From the NCBI RefSeq assembly GCF_964194155.1, contig NC_135879.1, positions 24,986,001 through 25,050,000 of the forward strand: a DNA stretch of 64,000 bases. The letters are read 5' to 3'. Position 1 is the first letter of the stretch. The number at the start of each line of letters is the position of its first letter. A model generated the notes under the pieces. That model did not search any database. It was not told the origin of the DNA and was given only the letters and a program-made list of their open reading frames with translations. Source of the DNA: Cetorhinus maximus (lineage: Eukaryota). Both the position numbers and the translations under genes were made by a program. Shown piece after piece: positions 34,709 to 46,100 of this stretch.

Positions 34709-37700
34709 TCAAAGTTTGAAGGAAAATGTATTGTTCTTACAGTGGACTTATCTATTGTATCATTCTTTCTGTAACTAAGACGCATAACTTCCATGACCTC
34801 ATATGCATCGTATAATTTGGTCACCTGACAGATCAACATGATATTTAATTACAGTTTGACGAAATTCTATGCAGCCAAAATTATTAATCTCTTTTAAAAG
34901 CCCTTCCCCTTTCTTATTTAGTTTTGTACATTTATAGCTTTATAAGGAAAGCTTTTTTGTAATGCAATCAGCATACCAATCAAATTCAAAGAAAGATCCA
35001 GTATGGCATCATTAGCTCAGCAAGATGGATTGGCCGATTAGAACATTATTTAGCTACATGGAATGGACTGGTATGATATTATCAATTTAGCAATAATGAA
35101 TGAGATTGTGGCACAATTTGTCTCAGCAAGCAGACAGGACTCACTGTACACTGCCACTAAGAGCAGCTTTCTTGTATTCGAAGCATATTTGTCCACTAAG
35201 CCTACCATATGTAACTAAGTGCCTCCACTGCAAAAGAATAGAAAAATGAAGGCAGGAGAAAAAGGAAAACTATGATCAAAAAGAGCAAAGACAAAAACAA
35301 AGCAACAAAGTGGTAAGGGATTAACAATGCAATGGCTGTGTTGGTACTGAAATTGTTATACAAAACCTGGTTTCATTGTTACTAAACTCCCCTGGCTATT
35401 GTAACTATTGGAGGCCTGTTTTTATTCAAGGGATGTGTATTCAGGCAAAGAAATAAGGTACAGTGCTTTAATGAGAAATAAATAGGCATATAAATCTACA
35501 CCCCAGCAACATGGATCTTTTAAAATCAATTGAAATTATAATGGTTTCATATATTAAAATTAAGAAAGCATTTCAAATTATGAAATATATTCTTAAGGAA
35601 GTTAGCCAACTCTTTGAGATTATTTTACTTTATTTCGCACATTCGTAATGACTATTGATAATTATTTGGAGGAAACTAATTTGAAGTGTGCCAAATAATG
35701 CACAGAGTAGAATTTTATATATCAAGCTCTTTGCACTGATTCATTATTGAATATTTTACACAAGATCCGTTTCTTGTAAATTACTATTATAAAACACCTC
35801 GCTGACTGCTGTTTGCTAATCTGTGCCATCATCACCTGTCAGCATATTAAAGTCACTAAATTCTGCATGAATGTATTTCAGTACAATTCTCTGTCACAGG
35901 ACAGTCAACAACTCTCCGTGACGGGTGATCCCCACAGAATAAAGCTATTATATCTTTAAGAAAAACTTAAATAAACTCATGAAATCAGTCAACATGCGGT
36001 GCAGATGTGACACACAATGGGATTAGATGGTTTATGGAAAAATAAATCACAAGTGATTAGGGTTTACTCGTCCTTTGGGTTCTTGAGGCAAATACCTGAC
36101 ATCACTGGATGATTTTCTTTTCACTTTTAGGCATTTCGTCCATTCTATGTCCTCTGCATAAGCCAACTGTTAAAAATAACAAATCTCGGTGGTTGGCCAA
36201 CTTAAGGTAAAAACTGACAATATTTTTTTTTTCATTCACTGTTACAATCAGTACCAGAAACACAATTTAAAACATTGCCCGTTCTGAGGAACGGTGTGGT
36301 TAATTGATTTAATTTGTGTGGAGAAACACTGCTCGGTTCTGTTTGACACGGAGGCAGATGCTATTGACGTGTGCTTGTTACTGCATGTTCTATTGGCAGC
36401 GCTTGTCTATGTAAATACAAAAGTGTTTTCTTACATGCAGTGGGAGCCTCGATTGACATGGGCTTTATTGGTGGCAAACGGTGAGGCAAACTCCTGCCAA
36501 TATCTAGGGAGCTATAAGCCATGTTTAAAAAAAACAGTAGTAAAGGGTTGCATCAGACATGTTTAACTGGACAGCGCCCCTTTACAGCTTTTACATGTTC
36601 CAATTCGCTTCAGCCGTTTCAATTTGACTCGAGAGTGTCCGACAATTTAGCAGGAAGCAACGACACTGGCGCCGCCACGAGAAAAAAAGCAACAGATACC
36701 AAATACGTATATCGGCATTGCACAACTCTCGAATCTAACCCGGCCCGTGGCAAACTGTTAGCAAATAGAGTGTTTACTTTGGTCAGCATGGCCTGGCACT
36801 TTTGCAGTTGTTCAGTGAGGGAGGAGCTGGATCAGTGGCAATAAGAGCGCCCTGAAGTCCCTAAGTTAAATAAAAACTGGCGCTTGGAATGCAACTCTGG
36901 TCTTCAACCAGCTCCTTTCACCTGCTGGGCGTTGCGCCAGTTCACATTCTCCAGGAGCTACAAGTGTGAGTAAACGGTTAAATACCGCGGCGAGGGAGGA
37001 AGGCGATGGTTATTATCTCTGCATTTCATCTCTCTTCAAAATTACTTTATATATATATATATATGCTAAATTAAAGAAGCTCGTGCAATGCAAATGCAAA
37101 GGCTTCGATCACAGTCCTCCATCAGTAATTGCTATGCAGAAGTCTGAGAGCAAATTACTGATTAGTGAGCTGTTGCAGACTGCGGACGTGAACTGGAAAC
37201 GGGATCACCAGGACCAGTTCTTTTTTTTTGGACAAAGAGCATCGGCGCGCAGGTTCTCCGCGGCTCCGATTGGGGAACCGCTTGCCGCTTGATTCTGATT
37301 TTATTTCGGTGTTGTTCAAACAGTACGGGACATTTCAACATCGGGTTTGATGTTTAAAATGCAATCACACGAGCATAATGACATTCGCTAAAACTGTTCC
37401 AAGTTGGCCAATGTTTACACTACAAAAGCCCTGCTGCGAGTCCATCGCTGGGGTTCGACCTTTTTTTTATATTACAATCCCGGTCTCTTTGTAAGGCTGG
37501 CAAATGTCCATTCTGTGCTAAAATAAACAAACACGTCTTTTTTGTTCTGAACTCGCAGCGGGGCGCAGGTCCTTGTGGGGGTGGGGGGGGGGCTGCTGCC
37601 TGTTCCGCGGAGTCATGAGCATTGAGACGATACGACTTGTGAGGAGGCCTGTGTGCAGCTTTGAATGAGGTTCCGCTGCCTATTTCCACAACCTATTAAG

Positions 37701-39389
37701 TTAGTCACTGTTGTGATAATCACTCTCGACCATTTCCCTAGATTTAACAAGTGACATCTTTCTGGTTTAATATTCATACCTCATGCACCATCTTAAAACA
37801 GTTCTTGCTATTCATACCAATTGAAGTTAGAGCGCTCAGACTGGCTGTCATACATCTTTCCCCCTGTTTTCAGGTCAAAGCTGATGTGATTCACTTTCTA
37901 CTTATCCCCTGAGGCTTGCATCCTGGTGTTTTTGCAATATTTAAGTTAACAATCCTTTCAAGTATCTGGCTTCAATTTAAACCTATATATGCTTTCTGCT
38001 TGTCAGGATAGTCCTTACTCGATTCGAGTGCTTTGGAATAATGCAGCAATGCTTCCAATGATGAAGTTTTGAAACCCACCGAAATACGTTAGTGAAAAAG
38101 GAGCAAAGATGAGCCATGTCTGGAGGGTTAAACGTGTCCTTCGCGTTTCTCCCTCCAGGAATATAGAGCTTTGGAGGTTTACTCTTCCATTATACTCCAT
38201 ACTACACCTGATGTCTCTATCTCCATGATTTTCCCCTGCATTTTATTCAGGCAACGTCAGAACTCAGTCAGCACTGAGGGAAGGAGGGCATTATAAGTGC
38301 CATGCGAAAACACATGTGTCAATTTACCTTCCACTTTAAGTTAACATCTTTAAAAGCTATCCAATGACTTGCCAATGTATGAGGTACACAGGAAACATTG
38401 AGATTGTTGATGCCATCTGTATTCTGCTGATACTATATTCCACTGCACATTGAAACAAAACTGCTTTTTAGACCAGCTATTCGTGAATTTCAACAAAGAA
38501 TATAAATCTTGGGAAGCCCAACGTCAGCATTTGCATGCATATATTCGTTATTGACAAGAATATGTAGCAATACTTTGTTGAATGTTTCTCCAAGAACATT
38601 CGCTGATTCTGATGTATTGTATGGCATTACTTTTGAGGGGTACGAGCCTATATTTACACCCCCCACCCCCTCAGTCCCACAAGATCAAGTACATTCTGAC
38701 CACTTGGGTGGGTGGATGAATTGCACCCAAATGTAACTTTCCACTCAGTGCCAGGGAGAGTTTGGCCAATTTTGCACCTTTCTTCCTTCACTGTGGCTGA
38801 AGTCCGTGGCTCAATGGTAGGAAAGGATCAAACGTGCATTCCTTTGCTACGGTTGCAAACCTGTGCTTGGAACATGCTAAACCAGCTTGAGCAATTCCAG
38901 AACCTCCTTAAATAGATGGACTCTCGACTACTAGGTACAACGCTGTATTGTCAAAGAGCTGACTGGTCAAGGGCCTGTGCTGGATTATCTGCATGTTCTT
39001 TGTTTTCCATAAAGTGAGGGATGTTACTGTTGGGGAATTCTCCTTTTCCATGTTGTCACATATTGACAGTGTCATGTCCTCACATGGCAATTGCCCCATG
39101 AATGTTTTCCACGCAATGTGAGCCTTCCCAGCATCAGAGGTTATAGCCCCGTGCATTTTTTTTCTCTTACATGAGCCATTTTTGAGGGTTTCAAATGTGG
39201 TCTGTCTAAGTAGTGCGGGTTTAGTTGTTTTACACGACAGGCCCAATCTTATTGGGGGCTCAGCTTAGACTACCCAAATGAATTTGACTTGCTCTCTAGT
39301 TATATTCCACTTTGAATTAGTTCTCAATTATCGCACAGACTAACTTCTGGTATGCTGCAGGAACTTACCTGAATTATGAGTAATGATGT

Positions 39390-39640
39390 AACTCAGCTTT
39401 GGTCTCTTGCCTCCTGAACCCGCCTCTCCCCTCCCGCCCATTCGCCCACCATTGGCGCCTGGGCCTTCTGCTGGCTAGGCTCCAATTCTCTCGAATTCTC
39501 TCTTGAAACCCCTCTGCCTCCTATTCTTCTTGAGAGACCCCCTCATTTTTTAAAGCCCATTTCCTTGACAAAGCCTTACTTCTCCCTCCTAATTCCTTCG
39601 TCTTTGCTTGGGCGCTCGTTTTGCATCGGTCTCTTCCACG
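39390..39640 (+). mobile_element. L2-like 3' remnant
   Basis: caccattggc..ggccttc..ctaggctcc..gaattctctc..aaacccctctgcctc resembles 11030-11150. Confidence 0.45.
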
Positions 39641-40508
39641 CTGCAATGCAAATACGAACGCTTGTTGTCATTCGGCGAAGGTTTGGCGGCAACATGGATG
39701 CAAGCTAACGCGCCTGAAATAATTCGGGTGGTTGTCCTCGTCCTTATTTTTCTGTGAGGCAATCCCAGGTAACAATGTAAATTGAGGGACAAGGGCCGTT
39801 AATGATACTTTTTGGAAGTATTTTTTTCAATCCTATCAGACAAACGCACTAACACCAACAGGAGGGGCTGCATTATCTCAAACACATTGCATTAAACTAG
39901 GTGGAAATTTGGTGCCAAAGTAACAGCTTATCTAAGCGTACGAGGGAAGATAATGTGCAACCGCTGACGGAGCACTGTTACAGGCAAACTCGCTACATAG
40001 TACCGGATATACTGGTACAACACCATCCCCAGTACCATTTATATCGGTTGTCTAGTTTAAGAGGGATGCTGTTGTAAATCTGCGAGTTCAACATTGCATG
40101 GAATATAATACGATTAAACATTTACACAGATAAGCCATTTTTTTAAAAAAAAGCACACTTGGAATTATTAAGAGATTTATATGCACGATCCTAAACTGCT
40201 TCATGGTAAAATAAAACAATTCACTAGTCCCTCAATCCGGTTGCAACCAATGTTGATCTGATATCCAGAATTACTTGTTAATCAAACGAATCCACTGGCA
40301 GCAGTTCAAGATTGTTCAATCAATGGCGTGCGGTTCACTGGCCAAGTTCAGTGACATTGTACGTGTCCTTATTTTGTTTGCTGGTTTTACAGTTACTTCA
40401 AACTGGCTAAGAGACATTCCGTAGATTTGGGAGGTTTGTTATCCTGAACAATAGTTCCCACTTCTGAAATGTGATGCAAAGGCCCTGCAAGGGTCTGATA
40501 AGTTTTGC

Positions 40509-40527
40509 ATTACTGCCATCTTCTGTG
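40509..40527 (-). promoter_or_regulatory. Possible CTCF site
   Basis: Minus strand CACAGAAGATGGCAGTA resembles the CTCF core CCASYAGRKGGCRS; motif match only. Confidence 0.25.
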
Positions 40528-41477
40528 ATGTGGGTGTATTTAATAACCCTCCATTTTGAAGGAGAGCAGCAGGATGGTGTACCAAACAGGCACTTCTAAT
40601 AAAAGCGAGCCTTTAAGACTCAATCCGCAGGGTTTGGGAAATTTGTAAATCAGGGGGGGTTGAGAACTTTATGAAGCAGTAACACGCGAAACTAGTCAAT
40701 CCCACCCCCCCAGTAAAAAGATGACTTGGGACATTTGGCAAAGACCAGCGCTTTGTGTCCTTTCGAATTCCCTAACCCTGCCACTATCACTTTTTCTTCC
40801 AAATTCCATCACGTCCAACAACAAGCGGGGAATGATGGAGACCAATGCAAGTCCTGGAGGACTCATTTCAGATTGCATATTCATTAACGGCAGAAAAATA
40901 AAGAGGCCATTGAGCGGCCGTTAGTGACAGACGTGTTTTCCATAATGAGCAGTAGTCGTCGGGTTGGATAAAAGCAACCCAGGAAACCAAAAAAAAGAGA
41001 GGGAAATTAGACTGAGAATAGTTTCTTCTAGGACAGCTTGTGCTCAGTATATATTACAAAGAAACAGGATTCGGTGCGACGCGATGAGCAGTAAATAACA
41101 ACATGCCCACTTCCTCCATTTCGCTCAACAGCACAGCGCACAATTCTTGCAAAGTCCGTGACTCAACCGTAATACGCATGAAACACACACCAAGGGTGAA
41201 ATTCGAGAGCCACTGTGTTAACTACACGTTAGTCTTAATTCAATACCCACATCAGCATGTGCTGACATACCCATTCATTCATTCATACATAAGAGCAGTT
41301 TGGTGAATGAGTGAGAAACCCCAGCACAGGCAGAGGAGCCTGAATTCAACACTGCAGCTCTCTGCTGAAATAAAACAAGAAGCCGGGGGAGCTGGCTTGC
41401 TATGCTTTCTGTCAACGCTCTGCAACATGCCCTCTCCCCACAGAAAGGACGTTGAAAAAGCCACTCAGCACACTTAC

Positions 41478-41584
41478 CAGAGTTGTGAGCTCGGTTGGTG
41501 GCATCGTGGTCACTATCCCCTTGCTCGCTGTCCCCGTGGCCACTGTCCTTCGAGCTCACTATATCCGCTTCCTGGAAAGCAGAA
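41478..41584 (-). CDS. PCDH10: PCDH10 exon 3 (107 nt, CM1 motif)
   Basis: Acceptor ttgccttccag. Translates SAFQEADIVSSKDSGHGDSEQGDSDHDATNRAHNS(G). Donor G|GTAAGT; phase 2 to 1. Confidence 0.95.
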
Positions 41585-41684
41585 CTGGAAGGCAAAAACA
41601 AAAACAACAGCGGCCAACGTTAGCGCCCGATATCAAATCCAAATGGGACAGCAGTGAAATCAGGCTGGCTTTCCAGCTGCCTAC

Positions 41685-41743
41685 CTGTTAACTCGACGGG
41701 GTCTGTCCACAAGAAAACTGAGTTCGGTCCGCTGGTGCTTTGT
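41685..41743 (-). CDS. PCDH10: PCDH10 exon 2 (59 nt)
   Basis: Acceptor ttttactcctttccag. Translates TKHQRTELSFLVDRPRRVN(S), against TKHQRAELSYLVDRPRRVNS in human. Donor AG|GTAGG; phase 0 to 2. Confidence 0.95.
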
Positions 41744-42471
41744 CTGGAAAGGAGTAAAACGTCAAGTCAATAATCGTTACTTATGAGGAAGGCAATGTGA
41801 AGCGACTGCGCCGTTAGTATCGTTAACAAGCGGAAAGATTCCGGCTAACGCACGCAGTTTTAGTTGAAGGTATCACTGTGTTGAGGAAATTTAATTATTG
41901 TCCTAATATGACATTGGACCTCGTAATGACTGTAAAATTACAGAATTGTGGGGTAGTTCAAAGCTCCAATTGGCAAAAGGATCAAGACACCGAATAACAT
42001 TTTAAAGGCACAAGGTAGTTTTGTTTTTGCAGGGCAGATAGTGGGACCCTTGCAGATTTGTTTCTGCTAAGAATGTTTAGTCAATTCTCAGGTCGCGTTA
42101 CCCTTACACTTCTTCATTTGACCGCAGTACGTCTGAGAATCTCGAAAGATTGAAGGCTGCTGGAGCTCTGAAGGCTGTCACAGTGCAGCAGTGTGTAAAC
42201 TGCTGTCTGTGCTGACATAGTTAATGGGCAATAACCAAAGTGCCAGCCTGTGCTTCCTGGTGAAGTGGTAAACCGTTTCTTTTCACGCGGAGACCGAGGG
42301 ACTTTCGTTTTTACTCTCCGGTCTGTGCTGCAAATGAGAGATTATTGAATCAAGTCACAACGGTCAATTGGCGCTGTTTGCCGGCACTGGCAACAGTTCA
42401 GAATGATGGTAAGCCGCCCTTGCTCTAAAAGCAATAGCTGGGGAGCATCCAAAAGCAGCCTCCAGCGGATT

Positions 42472-42654
42472 TCAAATGGGAGAGAGCAGAGAGTGCAGAG
42501 TTAATAGACCTAAATATGTGAGGCGGAGAAAGTGAAGATGGCATTCAAAGTATGAAGGAGATGTGTAAGGACAAACTGTGCTGGGTAAAATGAGAGAAAA
42601 CCTGTGAGTAAGGAAGGAGACAGGACAGGTCTGGGCGCAGTTGCAGTATCTTAC
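42472..42654 (-). CDS. PCDH10: Intron-1 read-through tail of a putative short PCDH10 isoform
   Basis: The exon 1 frame stays open past the donor (SNE-VRYCNCAQ...LLSPI*). Short isoforms that read through the exon 1 donor are known for mammalian PCDH10. Confidence 0.45.
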   Translation of the reverse strand, partial: VRYCNCAQTCPVSFLTHRFSLILPSTVCPYTSPSYFECHLHFLRLTYLGLLTLHSLLSPI

Positions 42655-45132
42655 CTCGTTTGACAATATACTCCCATTGGAAATGATGTCAGGCTGCTGG
42701 TCCGTGTACCCAGTGATGATGGCGCCACAGGGATTGTGGTCAGCGTCCGTACTCCGGGCTGGGCTACAAGGTTTCAAGAACATGAGATCCGTTTTGGCCG
42801 ATTCCGGGGTCAGGCACACCTGGTAACAGTAATTCTGGCTGTGGTGCCCAAAGGTCCCTTCCTCCACCGAGACCTGAGCCGCGTTGGTGTTGCTGGTCTG
42901 CACCAGCATGATGTCCGATTTGCTGAGTTTCTTCTTCCTGTTCCTCGCCTGCCTGCAACAGGCGCAGCACTCGCCGGCCAGGCAGCTGTAGATGTTCAGC
43001 TTCTTGTCCTTCTGGCACCGAATGGCCAACCCGATCATGGCCAGGAGGAAGACGAAGGACACCGAGCCCAGGGCGATGATGAGGATGAGGGTCAAATCCA
43101 GCGAGTTGTCCTTGGGATTCCCGGCCCGGTTGCCCCGCTCCCCCTGGCGATCCACGGCGCTGTCCACGGCCAGCACAAGGATGGTGGCGGTGGCGGACAG
43201 AGGAGGTTGGCCATGGTCCCTCACCTCGATCAGGAGCTCGTAGGGGGCGCTGGGGTCCTTCTTGGTGCTGGGCAAGCGCCTGGCTGTCTTGAGCTCCCCA
43301 CTCCTCCAGTCCATCCTGAAGAGCCCCAGTTCATTGCCCTTGGCGATGTAGAAAGTGAGGCGGGCGTTATCCCCGTCATCCGCGTCCACCGCCACTAACC
43401 TGGCCACCAGGTAGCCCGGCTCGGCCGAGCGGGGCACGATTTCTTTGGCGCTGCCGTTCCTGGCCACGGGCGACACGATGGACGGCGCGTTGTCGTTTTC
43501 GTCCACGATGATGATGTTGATGGTGGTGTTGCTGCTCAGGGGAGGACTCCCTGAGTCCTTAGCCTGAACCGTGAAGCTGAATTCTTTAAGCTGCTCGTAA
43601 TCGAAAGAGCGCAAGGCGTACAGGTAGCCATTCTCTGAGTTTATAGAGACATAGGTGAAAACGGACATCCCCTGAATATCACACTCCAATATGGAGTAAG
43701 AGATATAGGCATTCTGCCCTACATCGGGGTCCACAGCAGTCACGGCGTAAATATAAGCCCCGGGAACGTTGTTCTCAGTGACATGCACATCGTAGGAAGG
43801 TTGCGAGAAGCTGGGTGCATTGTCGTTCTCATCAGCCACTTGCACCTTGATGGACTTGCTGGAGGCCAGAGGGGGTGAGCCCCTGTCCTTGGCCATGATG
43901 GTGATGGTGTAGGAGTCGGTGAGCTCCCGGTCCAGCGGCCCGTCCGTCACGATGGTGTAGTAATTCTTAAAGGACGATTTAAGTTTGAAGGGGACCTGGC
44001 CCAGGATCTCGCACTGCAGCTGCCCGTTCTCAGCCGAGTCGCGGTCGGTGACACTCAGGAGGGCCACCACGGTGCCCGGGGCTGCGCTCTCGTTCACCGA
44101 GTCGGACACGGTGCTGAAGCTGATCTCCGGGGCGTTGTCGTTCACGTCGGTAACTTTGACCAGCACTTTGCAGTGAGCCGGCACCGCGTTGGGCCCCAGA
44201 TCTTTCGCCTGCACGTAGATCTGGTGCAGGCTGCTCTCCTCGTAGTCGATCGCCCCCTTCACCTCGACCCAGCCGGTCCTGGGCTCGATGCTGAACAGCT
44301 CCTTGACCCGGGGCGAGACGTGGTTGCTGAACGAGTAGACCACCTCGCCGTTCTTGCCCTGGTCTCGGTCGGTGGCGTTCAGCTGGATGAGCAGGGTGCC
44401 CAGGGGCGCGTTCTCCGGCAGGCTCACCGTGTAGACGGACTGTTCGAAGACGGGCACGTTATCGTTGGAGTCCAGGACCCTGATGGTGAGCAGAGCCGTG
44501 CCCGTCCGCTGGGGGAGCCCCCCGTCCACCGCCGTCAGCACATACCGGTGCACCGCCTGCTGCTCCCGGTCCAGGGCTTTCTCCAGCACCAGCTCGGCGA
44601 ACTTGTTGCCGTCTCCTTGGGTCTGCACGTCCAGCTGGAAGTAACTGTTGGGGGTGATCTCGTAGGTGCGGAGCGAGTTGCTGCCCACGTCCGGGTCGAA
44701 GGCGCTCTCCAGCGGCAGGCGGGTGCCGGCGGACGCGCTCTCGGAGATCTCCACCGTCAGGTCGGACTCCGGGAAGCTGGGCGGGTTGTCGTTGATGTCC
44801 ACGATCTCGATCTCGACGCGGAAAAGTTCCAGGGGGTTCTCCAGGAAGACCTCGAGGTGCAGCAGGCAGCTCGGGCTCTGGCGGCAGATCTGCTCCCGGT
44901 CGATCTTCTCGTTGACGAACAGCACCCCGTTCTCCAGGTTGACCTCCAGGTACGGCGAACGGGAGCTCGCCACCGTCTGGAAGCGGCGTGCCGCCAGCTT
45001 GGTCACGTCCAAGCCCAAATCCTCGGCGATATTCCCCACGAAGGTCCCATGCTCCTGCTCCTCGGGCACCGAGTAGCGGATCTGGCAGGCAACGCGATCG
45101 ACCAGCATGCAAACCAGGAAAAAGAAGATCAT
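42655..45132 (-). CDS. PCDH10: Protocadherin-10 coding exon 1 (signal peptide, EC1-EC6, transmembrane segment, proximal cytoplasmic tail)
   Basis: ORF 42472..45138. First ATG at 45132 gives MIFFFLVCMLVDRVACQIRYSVPEEQEHGTFVGNIAEDLGLD. Repeated cadherin motifs (DxNDNxP, LDRE, AxDxG), TM segment LILIIALGSVSFVFLLAMIGLAI, and tail QNYCYQVCLTPESAKTDLMFLKPCSP...DIISNGSILSNE all match vertebrate PCDH10. Donor GAG|GTAAGA follows 42655; 2478 nt, phase 0. Confidence 0.97.
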
Positions 45133-46100
45133 CTCCACAGCGCGCGAACCACCTCTCGCCCTCTCGGAAGGAAGTTCAAGCGGTTGCTTTAGTTCTCTCT
45201 CTTTTTTTTTAAATAATAAAAAAATGTTTTTTTAAAAATAAAAAATAAAAAAAATTATCATTGACCTCGCACCCTCTCTCCTGCTTTGAATTTTTCATCA
45301 CATTTGTCCGCAGGAGCCAGTTACGTGAAGCAACCTCATCGCACACCCGAAGCTGAACAACTTCTGGCTTCTCTTTACTGAGTGAACGGCTCCTTTGATC
45401 CCTCACTGTTCAGCAGTGGCCTGGATGAAGAGATTCCCGGGGGTTTTAGCTTCGCATCAACCCCTCTGACAGAGCGGCCGGTCATATCTTCGATGTCAGC
45501 AACGACAGTTGAGGCGAGAGTTTCCCATCAGACACTTTTTTTTTTGTTTTTGGAGCTCTCCTCCCCTCATCTGGGTGTCCCTGGGTCTTTTTTTTGTTGT
45601 TATTTAAAACCTCTCTTTCCTTTCTCTGCAACACCCACTCTCCCCCCCCCCCACTACCACCACCACCTTCTTCCCTCCCCACTCCCAGTCTGCCACTCTT
45701 GAGCTTTCACTTCTGCTCTCTCTCCCCCCCACCCCCGCCTCCCCCTGCTTTCTCCGTTGCAGTGACCGGCTCCTGTGCACTTCCCTCTGCTGACAGATTG
45801 CAGCTCGCTGGGCTCCAGCGCTCTGCTTTTGCGTTGCGCCCTCTTCGCGCCAGCCAATGGCAGCCCCGGGCGCCTGGAGCCGCGCTCCGATTGGCTGGCG
45901 GCGGGGCACCGAGCGGCTGTGCGTCTGGCCCGGGCCGGCCAATCAGCGGGCAGAGCGGGCGGGACCCGCTCCCCTTCCCCCCCCCACCCCTTGGCCGCGC
46001 AGTTAACGTGCCAGTCTCTCGACTTGCCCAGAGTTAGTGGGCTGCACTAGTGTAGGTGCCCATACTAATCAGACCATATCACAGCGCATCTCCACACGAA
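45133..46100 (-). promoter_or_regulatory. PCDH10 5' UTR and CpG-island promoter with three CCAAT (NF-Y-type) boxes
   Basis: High GC and CpG density. CCAAT at 45854-45858 and 45939-45943, ATTGG at 45890-45894. No obvious TATA box. The transcription start is not resolvable from sequence. Confidence 0.7.

Noticed and set aside
45133-45138. ORF-track start at 45138
   Set aside because: It is a GTG. The in-frame ATG at 45132 matches the orthologous N-terminus.
44173-45192. 339-aa plus-strand ORF and other ORFs overlapping PCDH10 exon 1
   Set aside because: Antisense or alternative-frame shadows of a GC3-rich coding exon; no recognisable domain.
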